Shown here: piece by piece, positions 1 to 9,943 of the stretch | Position numbering within the stretch: the first letter of the stretch is position 1 | Layout of the letters: each line of letters opens with the position of its first letter | Source of the DNA: an uncultured Verrucomicrobiae bacterium | Lineage (GTDB): Bacteria; Verrucomicrobiota; Verrucomicrobiia; Chthoniobacterales; UBA10450 | NCBI GenBank assembly: GCA_963726745.1 | Contig: CAVSDR010000003.1 | Span: 864,001-928,000 of the forward strand | Length of the DNA: 64,000 nucleotides | Reading direction: 5' to 3' | Made by a program: the position numbers and the translations under genes | The notes under the pieces: generated by a model | Told to the model about the DNA's origin: nothing | What the model saw: the letters and a program-made list of their open reading frames with translations, nothing else | Database searches by the model: none

Positions 1-1047
1 GTGGCAACCGGCGCAATCCCGCGCGTAGATGCGGCTGCCAGCTTCCGCCCGGACCGGATCGATCGGATGCGTCGCCGCGAAAGGCCACGCGGGCGGCGGG
101 AGATCGCTCAAGTAGCGGTCGAGGTCGGCCATGCGCTGGAGGAACCACGGGCGCGGCGGCGCGCCCAGACCCATCGCGGAATCGATCAAGACCGAGCGCA
201 CCGCGGGCGTGTCGCCGGTCCAGTTGAGCAGCATTTGCCGGCCGTTTTTATCCTTCCCGCTGCGAATCCCGAGATTCCAGATCGAAGGAAAATCGGTCGG
301 GCCGACGCTGTTGTCCTCCTTCTGCTGGGTCATGAAATACTTCGTTAGGTTCATCGCGTCGTCGCGGCCGGGGCCCCACGCCGGCTTGGCCGTACCGTCC
401 CCGACGAAACGCTCCATCCAGGTGAACTGCTTCTCCTGCTCCAGGAGCGCCTTCCTGGTGAAAGGAATGAGCACGTAGCGGTAGATCTGGCGGTCGAGGA
501 AGCTGAGGCCGCCATTCCCGTACTGGTTGCCGCTAACCAGGCGGATTTCGTTCATCAAGGTCTCGGAGTTAAAGCGCGGATCGTGCGCCGCCTTGAACAT
601 AAAACGGAGGACATCCTGGAGATTATTCGTATGCCCGGGAGCAGCCGCCACGACCTTGGGTGTCTCTTCCTCGCTGAGGCGATAGGTCGCGGTGTGGCAG
701 ACGGCGCAGTTATTTGTCACCCGCTCGAAGCCCACGGTCTTTTTCGAGAAACCGACCGGCATCTCCGCGCCTTCTTCCCAGATGATTCCAAAGGAAGTCC
801 AGCCGCCCGGTCCTGGCAGGAGATCGGCGAAAAGCCGCGGCATTACCAGCCAGATGAAGTAAGGCAGCCCGCGATCACCTTCCGCGCCTAACGAGCCGTA
901 TTTAAATTGCTCTTCCTCGCTGGCGAAGACCTGCGGCCGCTCGCGGAAAAATTTCACCCAGGTGAGCCAGCCGCCAAAAGCCGCGAGCAGAACCAACGAG
1001 ATCAGGCTCACCCCGAGGAAGCGTTTGGTTTTAGGCGACAACTTCAT
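1..1047 (-). CDS. Di-haem cytochrome c protein (RoxA/MauG/CCP-like), 3' end runs off the window
   Basis: Not in the ORF track, translated by hand from ATG 1047: MKLSPKTKRFLGVSLISLVLLAAFGG...FKYGSLGAEGDRGLPYFIW...NNCAVCH...GPGRDD...DFPSIW...RDCAGCH (window edge). N-terminal TM anchor, two CxxCH motifs, clear paralog of 1051..2616. Confidence 0.85.
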   Translation of the reverse strand, partial: MKLSPKTKRFLGVSLISLVLLAAFGGWLTWVKFFRERPQVFASEEEQFKYGSLGAEGDRGLPYFIWLVMPRLFADLLPGPGGWTSFGIIWEEGAEMPVGFSKKTVGFERVTNNCAVCHTATYRLSEEETPKVVAAAPGHTNNLQDVLRFMFKAAHDPRFNSETLMNEIRLVSGNQYGNGGLSFLDRQIYRYVLIPFTRKALLEQEKQFTWMERFVGDGTAKPAWGPGRDDAMNLTKYFMTQQKEDNSVGPTDFPSIWNLGIRSGKDKNGRQMLLNWTGDTPAVRSVLIDSAMGLGAPPRPWFLQRMADLDRYLSDLPPPAWPFAATHPIDPVRAEAGSRIYARDCAGCH

Positions 1048-1050
1048 CGG

Positions 1051-2616
1051 TCAAAAAGTCTTGAGGTATTCCACCAGCGCGTCCTTCTCCGCCGGCGAGA
1101 GCATCGTCCCGTAGGCGGCGCCTTCGTGGCCCGTATTCAGGTTGCCCTCGTTGCGCTCGCGCGGCGTTGCGCCCTCGCGCGGCTGGGTTTCGTAACGAAA
1201 GAAATGCCGTGGATTGGCCGGGTCATCGAGGCTGGTGCCATCCTCCCGGAAATGCCCGGGCTCAGAGACAAAGCCGAGCTTCGCCTGGTCGTAGACATCG
1301 TAGCCGCGGTAGAAAACCTGCGGCCGCTCAGCCGCGGGATTGAGCAGGTCGCGCATCGTTGGCACAGAACCGTTGTGCAGATAGGGCGCGCGCGCCCAGA
1401 CGCCGTCGAGCGGCATGTTTGCGTAGCCGTAGGTTTTGCGGAAACGATGGAAGCGCCACGGGTAGCCGGCGTAGAGGTTGTTCTGCGAAGCGGCCAGCTG
1501 GTGCGTGTAGGAATCGAGCCGATGCCGGTCGGTCCCGATCTCAGCGATCGGCACCACCTGCCCGACCTGCGCGCCTTCGAAATCGCGGCCGCTACGCCCG
1601 TGGCAGCTCGCGCAGTATTGCGCGTAGATCGGCGCGCCTTGGGCCGCGCGCGCCTGGTCGATCGCGAAAGGATACTTTGGCGGCTCCTTGGTCAGGAGCC
1701 AGCTCTCCAGCCGGCTTACTTGTTTTAAGTCGATCGTTGGCGGAAACGTGCCGGTGCCGAAGGAGGCGCTCTTGTTTCGTTCTTCCATCTTGTCGTTATT
1801 CCCATCCCAATGCGCGTGCAGCCCGCGCTCTTTCCGCTGCCCTTGCAGCCAGATGGAGGGGAAATCGCACAAGCCCACCAGCTCCCGCGTTTCCAGCTTC
1901 TCCAGCGGAAACTCGAGCAGCGTCTTCGCCGGCGTGAAAGTATCGGTGCGGCCGGGACCTTGGGCTGCTTCCCAATCAAGAAAACGAAAATGACCCGCGA
2001 GAAGTAAGAGCCGCTCGCGCATTAGCGGAATGGCGTAGAAGCGCATGATCTGGCGGTTGAGGAAATCGTAGTCCGCCCCGATGCCTTGCATCTCCGCCAT
2101 GAGGCGATCAGCAGTAAAGCGCTGGTCCGCGGCACAAGCGAAGACAAAGCGTTCAAACGCGCCCAGGTCGACTGTGTTCGACGGCATCCCGGTGTGGAAC
2201 ACCGGCGGGCTCGCGGGGGTTTCCCGCACGGAGCCGACATGGCAGATGGCGCAGTTTAGGAAGACGCGATTAATCCCCTGGGTGTTCCGCTGCGAGACTC
2301 CCACCGGCAAATCCTTCCCGTCCTCATAGAGAAAACCTAACGAGACGTATTCTTTTCCCGGGACATATTGCTTTCCGGGCAAATACTCCGGAAACATTTT
2401 AGGCAGCACTTTCCAAATCCAGATCGGGATCCCGGATTCCCGCTCGCCGCCGGTGGAACCATACTTGAAGTGCTCCTCGAGGTCGGCATAAAGCACCGGC
2501 TGGTCGCGGTTAAAACGCTGGAGATAATGCAAGGCCACGAGCGTGAGCAGGGCCACCCAGACAAGGAACACGAAACGCCAGCGCGCCTTCCGTTCTTCTA
2601 GGTCCGGCTCAGCCAT
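1051..2616 (-). CDS. Membrane-anchored di-haem cytochrome c protein (RoxA/MauG/CCP-like)
   Basis: 521 aa, N-terminal TM helix, CAICH and CASCH haem motifs, PLDGVWARAPYLHNGSVPT motif, ends ALVEYLKTF. Confidence 0.85.
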   Translation of the reverse strand: MAEPDLEERKARWRFVFLVWVALLTLVALHYLQRFNRDQPVLYADLEEHFKYGSTGGERESGIPIWIWKVLPKMFPEYLPGKQYVPGKEYVSLGFLYEDGKDLPVGVSQRNTQGINRVFLNCAICHVGSVRETPASPPVFHTGMPSNTVDLGAFERFVFACAADQRFTADRLMAEMQGIGADYDFLNRQIMRFYAIPLMRERLLLLAGHFRFLDWEAAQGPGRTDTFTPAKTLLEFPLEKLETRELVGLCDFPSIWLQGQRKERGLHAHWDGNNDKMEERNKSASFGTGTFPPTIDLKQVSRLESWLLTKEPPKYPFAIDQARAAQGAPIYAQYCASCHGRSGRDFEGAQVGQVVPIAEIGTDRHRLDSYTHQLAASQNNLYAGYPWRFHRFRKTYGYANMPLDGVWARAPYLHNGSVPTMRDLLNPAAERPQVFYRGYDVYDQAKLGFVSEPGHFREDGTSLDDPANPRHFFRYETQPREGATPRERNEGNLNTGHEGAAYGTMLSPAEKDALVEYLKTF

Positions 2617-2627
2617 GCGCGCTCCAC

Positions 2628-3068
2628 TCAGTCCACCGGAAACTCCAAGGCGAAATCAATCAGCCGCTTCTTGCTCCAGAAGACCTTGCCCAGGTAAGTC
2701 CCGGGCGCGACCAGACGGATTTCATCCCGGATCCAATGGGCCACGAGCGAGGTCTCGGAATAATCCAGGACGATGCACTCCTTCTGGTCCATCCAGCTGG
2801 GTCCTTTGTAAACTTTTGCCAAAATGGCACTCAGGCCGAAGGGAAGAATCTTGTTTCGGAGCACTCCTTTGGCCGGATCAAAGACCTTCCCCTGCCAGGC
2901 GAAATGATTGACGAAGGTCGCAATCTCATCGGTGAAACGCGTTCCCGGGGCGACGATTGCGGTGCCTTTAGCTTCCCCGCTGGGGATTTCGCCGGCTGGA
3001 GCCTGGAGAAATAACTCATCCAGCTGTTCCTGCGTCATCTTCATCAACTCGGCGACAGTGTTTGGCAT
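2628..3068 (-). CDS. Conserved hypothetical protein within the cytochrome operon
   Basis: ORF 2628..3089. Start at 3068 preferred because GAAAGGAGA (RBS-like) precedes it. WQGKVF and VLDYSETSLVAHWIRDEIR segments, tightly packed between the cytochrome genes. Confidence 0.7.
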   Translation of the reverse strand: MPNTVAELMKMTQEQLDELFLQAPAGEIPSGEAKGTAIVAPGTRFTDEIATFVNHFAWQGKVFDPAKGVLRNKILPFGLSAILAKVYKGPSWMDQKECIVLDYSETSLVAHWIRDEIRLVAPGTYLGKVFWSKKRLIDFALEFPVD

Positions 3069-3089
3069 AGGTCTCCTTTCGTTAGGCAT

Positions 3090-5270
3090 TCACAGCGTCT
3101 TCAGGAATTCGATCAGCGCGCGCTTATCTTCATCGGCAAGGTCGGTGCCGAAGTAATGGCCTTTGTCTTCCACGAAATCGGGACACTTATTCGCCGCCAG
3201 CATCTCTGGCACGGCCTTGATCAGTTCTGCAGTCGCTTCATCGCCCTCCAGGTGGCGCGCCTTGATCGCGACGAAGGCTTTCAGGAGTTTTGCCTGAATG
3301 GCCACGAGGTCACCCAGGTCCGGCTTTAAATTAGCCAGCAAGTTCACTGGCGTGCCTTTCGGCACCGGGCCGAAGTTCAGGTAACCATCCTTATCCGCAA
3401 AAACGCGCAGCGGCTTGGGAACAAATTCCTTTGCCAGGTGGAGGTAACACTCGTTCTCGGTGCGCCAGATGGAATTCCGGCCCGGCCGTTTCTCCGGCCA
3501 GAGAAGCTTCTCTGCCGCATCCTGGAACGCGGCCAGCCTTCCGCCTACCGAAGGATCGCCATTGAAGTTCCCGAGCGCGTTGTTATGCAGGAACGGCGCA
3601 GAACTCCAAATGCTCACCAGGGACGGCGTGCGGTAGTAGCCGGCCCCGACGTCGCGCTCGGCCGGCTTGTAGCTGATCGGCTGAGTTTCGTCGAAAGGAT
3701 TCAGGAAACTCATCTCTCCGGGGCGCGGCAGTTCTTTGTAGGTCTTGGAGGAGAAGTTATCCCAGATGTGGCCGGCCATGGCGTTGGTCCCAAAGGCGCG
3801 CGCGGAGTTCGTCTTAATCTGGTCGACCGGATAACGCTTTTCGTTCGAGAGGAAATTATCCTGGAGGAACTCGGGCTTCATGACCTCGGCCAGGAACCAG
3901 GCTTTTCCTTCGGCCGATTGCGGGTCGGTGCCCGCGGGCGGTTGCTTGCTGGAATGGCAACCGGCGCAGCTATTGGCAAAGACTTGCCGGCCACGATTCA
4001 TCACGGTGGCGTCCTGGGTGATGAAGGTCGCGCCGCCCGGCGCGTCGGCTAATTTGTAAGGCTGCAAGCGGCGAAAGAAGGCCGCGATGTTCCCCAGCCG
4101 TTCCTCCGTCGCGCGCCAAAAGACAGAGTGCTCGCGCGCATACGGAATCTCGAACGGCTTCTGCGGGAGCAGCCCGATGAGGCGATTATGCCGGGTAAGC
4201 CAATACTCCGAGAACATGCCGATATTCACGTAAACCCGGATGGTCGCGCCGGGCACGCCGATGGAATCCGCGCCATCCTTGAGGATGTGCGCAACCGGCA
4301 TGACCGACTCGGTCCCGGGCAATGCGAGGGTGCCGCCGGCGAGGGTTTCCTCGTGGGCGATGCGCTCGCGTTCCCCGAGAAGGAAGATGGCATTGATCGC
4401 GTTCGGATTATTCAAGTGATCGGTCGCGATGCGTGAGGTGTCGGAAGTGCCCGGGGGCTGCGCCCGCAGCATTTCGTAGAAGAAGCCACCCTTAGCCACG
4501 TTCGGGGCGAAGACGCGGCCCTCGCGCAGGTATTGGTTCCCGATCGCGGAGGCGAGATTCTCCCAGCCCGGGTTCTCGGGATCAGCCGGCGGATTGGTCG
4601 GCAGCGGCGCGATATGGCAAGCCCCGCAGGAAACGCCTACGCGGTATGGCCTAACGAGCGATTTTTGGTTGTAATAGGAAGGATCGTTCAGATAGCGGTT
4701 GCCATCCCACTTCTGGCGCGCCGCGGCATCGAAAGCCGGATTCGGGAAGAGGCGAAACCCGAGCACGCCGGAGGCCTTGCCGTAAACTTTTTCATCGATC
4801 CCCGCCGGTTCCGGCTCGACCGGCTGATCCAGCCAAAGTCCAAACTCATCCGGCTGGCTCGCGGCGCGGAAGCCCGGCTGGTTGATCACCCCCAGAGTCT
4901 TGAAGCGTTCTCCGCGCGGATACTTTCGGTTATCCAGCGTCTTCAAAAGATCCATCAAGCCAAAGCTGTCCTGCGCGACTTCGTTCCAAAAATGCTGGTT
5001 CCCGCCGGTCCAGAGATTCCAGGCATTCCGCCCCATGATTTCCTCCGGCAGGAGCACCAGTCCGCCGTCCATTTTGGCAAAGACATCCTCGGTTACCTGC
5101 GGAAAGTCTCTTGTCGTTAGGCGGGCGGCTTTGGCTTCATCCACCGGGTCGCGATCGCAACCGCTGGCGAAGAAGAGGAAGAGGAGGAGCGCACCGCCGA
5201 GATAGAGCTTCCACGTGCGACCGTGGCTCACGGCTGCCGGGCTGCTTTGCGTTGGGGGAAACGCGTTCAA
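3090..5270 (-). CDS. Large di-haem cytochrome c, probable lipoprotein
   Basis: 726 aa, hydrophobic signal ending FASGC (lipobox-like), CGACH and CAGCH, YRTPSLVSIWSSAPFLHNN, ends ALIEFLKTL like the paralog. Confidence 0.8.
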   Translation of the reverse strand: MNAFPPTQSSPAAVSHGRTWKLYLGGALLLFLFFASGCDRDPVDEAKAARLTTRDFPQVTEDVFAKMDGGLVLLPEEIMGRNAWNLWTGGNQHFWNEVAQDSFGLMDLLKTLDNRKYPRGERFKTLGVINQPGFRAASQPDEFGLWLDQPVEPEPAGIDEKVYGKASGVLGFRLFPNPAFDAAARQKWDGNRYLNDPSYYNQKSLVRPYRVGVSCGACHIAPLPTNPPADPENPGWENLASAIGNQYLREGRVFAPNVAKGGFFYEMLRAQPPGTSDTSRIATDHLNNPNAINAIFLLGERERIAHEETLAGGTLALPGTESVMPVAHILKDGADSIGVPGATIRVYVNIGMFSEYWLTRHNRLIGLLPQKPFEIPYAREHSVFWRATEERLGNIAAFFRRLQPYKLADAPGGATFITQDATVMNRGRQVFANSCAGCHSSKQPPAGTDPQSAEGKAWFLAEVMKPEFLQDNFLSNEKRYPVDQIKTNSARAFGTNAMAGHIWDNFSSKTYKELPRPGEMSFLNPFDETQPISYKPAERDVGAGYYRTPSLVSIWSSAPFLHNNALGNFNGDPSVGGRLAAFQDAAEKLLWPEKRPGRNSIWRTENECYLHLAKEFVPKPLRVFADKDGYLNFGPVPKGTPVNLLANLKPDLGDLVAIQAKLLKAFVAIKARHLEGDEATAELIKAVPEMLAANKCPDFVEDKGHYFGTDLADEDKRALIEFLKTL

Positions 5271-5330
5271 GCCAGCCGCAGGTGTAACCTTTTCCGCGGC
5301 CCCCTCACAAGGAGAAACATCCCGCGGCGT

Positions 5331-8061
5331 CTAGGTCTGGAGCGCTTCCTCCAGCCAGGCGGGCATGGAAGTGCCGAGATGTCTTTGCACCGCGCGCACG
5401 AAGCCGGCGAAATCCTCCACCGGGTCCGGACAGATGAGATTCATCGTGTGCCGGCCGAGCATGCGATAACTCTCGAACTGCGACTCGCTGAAGAATTGAT
5501 CGGTCGTGCTCTCGTGCGGGAAGAGCTTGTTGCTTTTGAAATACTCGTAGACGTCGCGCGGCTCCGCGCCGTAGCAGGCGGGCTTCAGGTAAACCAGGAT
5601 GCCATCAGGCGCGCCCTCACCGTCGACTGGCGAGTAGCAGCACGCGCCCGATCGCGGCGTGACAGCCGCCCGCGCCGCCCGGCGGCTGATCGTTCCGGCC
5701 ATAGATGCGGATGTCGTCGAACTCGATCGAAATGCCGAGATCGATCCGGATTTTGCGCACGGCATCGCCGAGATCGGCGAAAGAGCATTCCGGATCCTGG
5801 CCGGCGTCGCTGACTACGAGGTAATGGCAGCGCCGCAGAACCATTTCGTAAAGCCCGAGGTTCTCGAAATGTCCTCCGTCGGATAGGTAAACGTAGGGAT
5901 TGCACTCGTTCGTTAGGCCGAAGGCTTCGGCAAAGATCGGGCGCACGCTGAAGTTCGGGTAACTCAGCTGAAAAGTATTGTCCCCCGCCGGCCCGGGGTT
6001 ACCCAGCCATGCCCCCAGGCGGACGTTCAGCAAGGTGAGGATAAAGGTGACCAGCGGCGAGGAATGGTAGCCCATGTTTGGGCTCGCGGCCGCGCCGGAG
6101 ATGGTGATGGCCGTGCCTAACGAAAGCTCGCCACCGTAGCGGCAGCCCGCCGGCGCGACCAGCCGGCGATAGCCGACTTCATACGACCCGCAATGCAGCG
6201 GCGAAATGGTGAAACTGGCCGCCTTGCGGTCCTGCCAGGCCAGCCGCTTTCCGCTGACGAGGTTGAGCGCAACGTTCACCACCGGGAGAAGTCGCCGGCT
6301 AAATTTCTCCGGTGGCCAGACGAAACGCATGGCCACGTTGTCCTTCTCGTCGAAGCCGGTAAACGGATTCGGGCACCGGCGGCGATTGGAAGCGCCCAGG
6401 TAGGCGCGGATGAGCCGGTCGCGATACATCGCGTGCAGGGAAAACTTGTTCGTGTTGATCAAGTGCGCCATCGCCAGCCCGAAGAGCGCCAGCCCGGCAG
6501 CCACGCAGCTGAGCAGCGAAAGCGGCGTGTAGAGGATGACGTTGAGGTATTCCACCGTCTCGCCGAGGACGGCAGAGCGATCCTGCAGATTCCACGGCAA
6601 TGCGAGGCTTTGGCCGATGTGTTTCACCATCCAGGTGGTCCCTTTGGTGATGAAGATCATGAGCACGAGGACGAACAGCAGCGCCGCCAGGCTGGTCGCC
6701 TTCGAGAGAAGGAGCGCGAGCGGCCCGGCTTTGCCTTTTTCCTTGTCGTTCGCCGGGATGTAGCTGCTCCGGCTGGCCAGAATAGTCAGCAACCCGGAGA
6801 TCGCGCCCGCCGCCAAAGTGCTGCCTAAACGCACCCCACGCGAGAGCAGGAGCGGGCCGAAAACGAGCAGGCCGCTCATCAGGACCCAGCCAGCCGCAAG
6901 CGCAAGAAACCAGCCGGTCGCGCGGCCCCACCATTCGCGATCGGGATCGCCGGTCCACCGGCTGGAGATGCCGGCGAAGACCATGATCGCGAGAAAGAAA
7001 AACGAGAGAAACAGCGGCACCGCAAGGCAGGTGTAGAGCTCGGCTTTGGCGGTGGGTTGATTAAAAATTTTCGTTGCCCCCAGCCAGAGAAGCCAGCCGC
7101 CCACGCCGCCGGAGACAACAACGGCGATGAACTCCTTGAAACGAAAGCCATGCGCCCGCAGGAGCGAAGTGGCCCACGAGATCAGGTGCATCACCACCCC
7201 GAAAAGGACGAAGGGATACTCCGAGCGGAACTCCGTCCAGCCGAAGAAGCGCCAGGCAATCAAAGGCCGCTCGTAGTAACGCCACCAAGCCCAGTGCAGG
7301 GTGATGCAAATCGCCGCCAGCAGCATCGGCAGGAGGCAGAAGAAGAGGAAGCGATTCTGGCTCCAGCGGCGGTTCCCACCGCAGGGAAGATTCAGGCCCA
7401 TGTAGGCCACGCTCATCGCGATGCAGAGCCCGCCGGCGAGCAGCGGGTAGACTGAATACGGCGGCGGCGAGAGCATGAGCGTGGCGGTGTAAAACCACGG
7501 CACCGTGAGCATCGCCGCGAGCAGCGGCAGGAGGACACACCAGTTTAGCAGGAGATTGCGCAGGTAAGTGCCGATGAGCGTCCAGGTGTCGGCGGAGAGC
7601 AGGCCCAGGCGCGGGCTTAAGTAGTTTGAGTAACTGCGGAGGTTTTGGATCGGTTCCGGCTCGGGGTTGGGCCGCGCCTTTGGCTCCGGTTGCGCCAGCC
7701 GCGCGGTCACTTCGCTCAAGCCGCCATCGGCATTCCCGATCCAGGCCGCGAGCCAGCCGCCGATGTAACCGCCGCCCGACACGGTCGAGAGATAATGAAA
7801 TTGCGGGAGCAACCCGATCCGCGCCAACCCCTGGAGCACGCCCAGGGAAAAGGTCGCGCTCCGGATGCCGCCGCCGGAAATACAAAGTGCTGCCTGTTTT
7901 TCCTCCAAGGCATGGACGGCCGACCAGTAGGCCGGCAAAGCTTCCTCGGGGATATTCCCAGAGGATTCGTTAGGCAGCGGCCCATGCAGCCGGGCAAATT
8001 CCTCCCGCAAAACTTCGTGCAGTGGCAGCGAAGGGTTGACCGGGGAAGGAGGCGTCTCCAT
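5331..8061 (-). CDS. Patatin/cPLA2-like phospholipase with multi-TM insert (apparent frameshift near 5640)
   Basis: SGGGIRSA oxyanion motif, STVSGGGY nucleophile motif, many TM helices, LSDGGHFENLG. The C-terminus continues in ORF 5331..5765 (FPHESTTDQFFSESQFESYRMLG). Confidence 0.8.
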
Positions 8062-8162
8062 GCCGTGCGGACTGCACCCAGTCTTACCGAAGCGTCTCCG
8101 GTAAGGCAAGCTCGTTAGTCCAACGGCGCTTTACGCGCGTCGCTGCGCCTTAGGCAGCGAGA

Positions 8163-8254
8163 TGGCGGAAGGGGTGGGATTCGAACCCACGGTGGGTTTA
8201 ACCCCACGTTCGATTTCGAGTCGAGTGCCTTAAACCGGGCTCAGCCACCCTTCC
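8163..8254 (-). tRNA. tRNA-Ser (anticodon CGA)
   Basis: Reverse complement reads GGAAGGGTGGCTGAG...CT CGA AA...long variable arm...GGTTCGAATCCC ACCCCTTCCGCCA, with encoded CCA. Confidence 0.95.
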
Positions 8255-8315
8255 TCTCGATTGCGCTTGCGGGGTGATTATGCTGGAGCCCGCTTATTTT
8301 GCAACGCCTCTTGCG

Positions 8316-9642
8316 TCACGAAAAAGTTGCGTGCGCCAGCCATCCCAGCGCGAGCAGATCCAGCAGCAGCGCGCCAGCCAGGAGCGCCTCGAGCATCCGC
8401 GGGACCCGGCGCAACCAGTCGTTAGCCAGCGAGATCAGGAGGAACGGCAAAAGCGGGAGGAAATAGCGCCCCTGGAAACCCTGCACGCGCGGCGCGCCCA
8501 CGGCATTCCACATCGAATAAATCGCGAACTCCGCGGCCACGAAACCTGCGAGCGCCGTCGCGAAAAAGAGCGCGCGCATGGGCCAGGAGAGGCGCAACGT
8601 TCCCGGCTCCAGCAGGCAAACGCCAAGTGCGAGGAGCAGCAAAAATCCCAGCACGAGGAACCATGGCAGCGGGAAATTGAGCCAGCCGAAAACGCCGATC
8701 ATTTCCCGCAGGTGATTCACGCCGAGCTCGCGCAGGTCGGTCAGCATCGCGCCGAGAAACCTCGCCCGGAGCCTGCTGGAGAAGCGCCAACTGGCCCGCG
8801 GGATTGGTCGTGATTCCCGGGCGCATCTGGTTGAAAAGCGCGGGCAATTGCGCGCTCCAGGCGAGATACGGCACGATGAAGGCGCTGGCTAAAAGGGCGC
8901 GCAAACCCCAGCCCCGCGTCCCGGTGCGCCCAGGCAGCGCGAAGACCGTCAAGACCAGGAGCGGCGCGCGCGTTTGCGAAAGCAGGAGCGCCAGCACCAC
9001 CAGCCACACCTGTTCGTCCAGCGTGAGCGTCCCCCGGCTGCGCGCGCGCAAGAGTTCCGCGCACCAAAGAAAAGCCAGCGGGATGGTCACGCTATCGGCG
9101 CTCACGACGCCCAGTTGAAAAAGCAGCATCGGAATGAAAGCGAAAACTCCCAGCGCCTCCGCCCCTGGCGGGAGGCGCCGCAAAGCGAGCACGAGCAAGC
9201 CCGCGCCGCAGAGCGCGCCGGCCAACCGGGCTGCGTAGAAAAGCACCAGCGGCCGGTGTTCCACCGAGCGGACGAGCGCGATCGCCGCGGCCTGCGGCAG
9301 GTAAGTCACCGGCGAGTAGAGCGCGCTCCCGGGAAAATTGGCCCACGCGCGCTTGTGCGGACGCAGGCGCACCTGGCTGCCGAGGCGAAACTGGCCGCGG
9401 CTGGTTTCGATCTTTGCCGCGCGCGGGAACTCGCCCGCGGCGGTCGCAAGTTGCAGCAAGCTGGCCGGCAATTCCCCGCCGACGACGCCTCCCGGTCCGC
9501 GCTGCGCGAGCCATTGGCCTTCCGAGACCTGGTAGGCGCGGAAGAAATGGCTCGGCTCATCCGCGCCGCGAAACGGTCCGGTCACGAGGGGAAACGCGAG
9601 CGCAAAAGCGAAAACGGCGAAGCTGGCGAGGCGCGTTCTCAT
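8316..9642 (-). CDS. DUF2142-like integral membrane protein, putative GT-C glycosyltransferase (apparent frameshift near 8760)
   Basis: P..GADEPSHFFRAYQVS, YSPVTYLPQA and C-terminal GFQGRYFLP motifs, split over ORFs 8422..9690 and 8316..8747. Confidence 0.7.
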
Positions 9643-9759
9643 CCGTAGAGGGCGAAGGTGGGGAGTTTTCCCCGCCGGGGCGAGCCGCAAAAGCGAAAGC
9701 GCCGGCTAATTTTAGACAGCAAATTGGGCGGAAAAGGCGGTTTCTCCCTCGTAAAAAAA

Positions 9760-9768
9760 TGTTACAAT
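9760..9768 (+). promoter_or_regulatory. Extended -10 element upstream of nrdJ
   Basis: TGtTACAAT in an AT-rich patch about 175 nt upstream of the nrdJ start. Confidence 0.5.
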
Positions 9769-9793
9769 TCTGTGCTTGAGCGGGGCTGCCTGA

Positions 9794-9841
9794 GCACCCC
9801 ATCTTGTAGACCGCTCGGGCAGCTCCCCCAGCATCTTGTTG
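9794..9841 (+). promoter_or_regulatory. Tandem putative NrdR boxes
   Basis: gcaccccATCTTGTag (9794-9809) and ccccagcATCTTGTtg (9826-9841) are 32 nt apart, partially match the NrdR consensus acaCwAtATaTwGtg, and lie between the promoter and nrdJ. Confidence 0.6.
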
Positions 9842-9943
9842 TTCCCGGTTCTTCACGGGTTGTGCACAGGATGCTGGCTGGGCTGTTCACGGTTCTTCGC
9901 CGTTTTTCACACCAACCGTTCACCTTTCAACCGTCGACCCGTC

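Noticed and set aside
1..8254. Genomic island integrated at the 3' end of tRNA-Ser
   Set aside because: No integrase and no duplicated tRNA 3' end visible. The region carries the host heptamer at high density (10 copies in about 8 kb), suggesting long residence. It cannot be fully excluded because the left end is outside the window.
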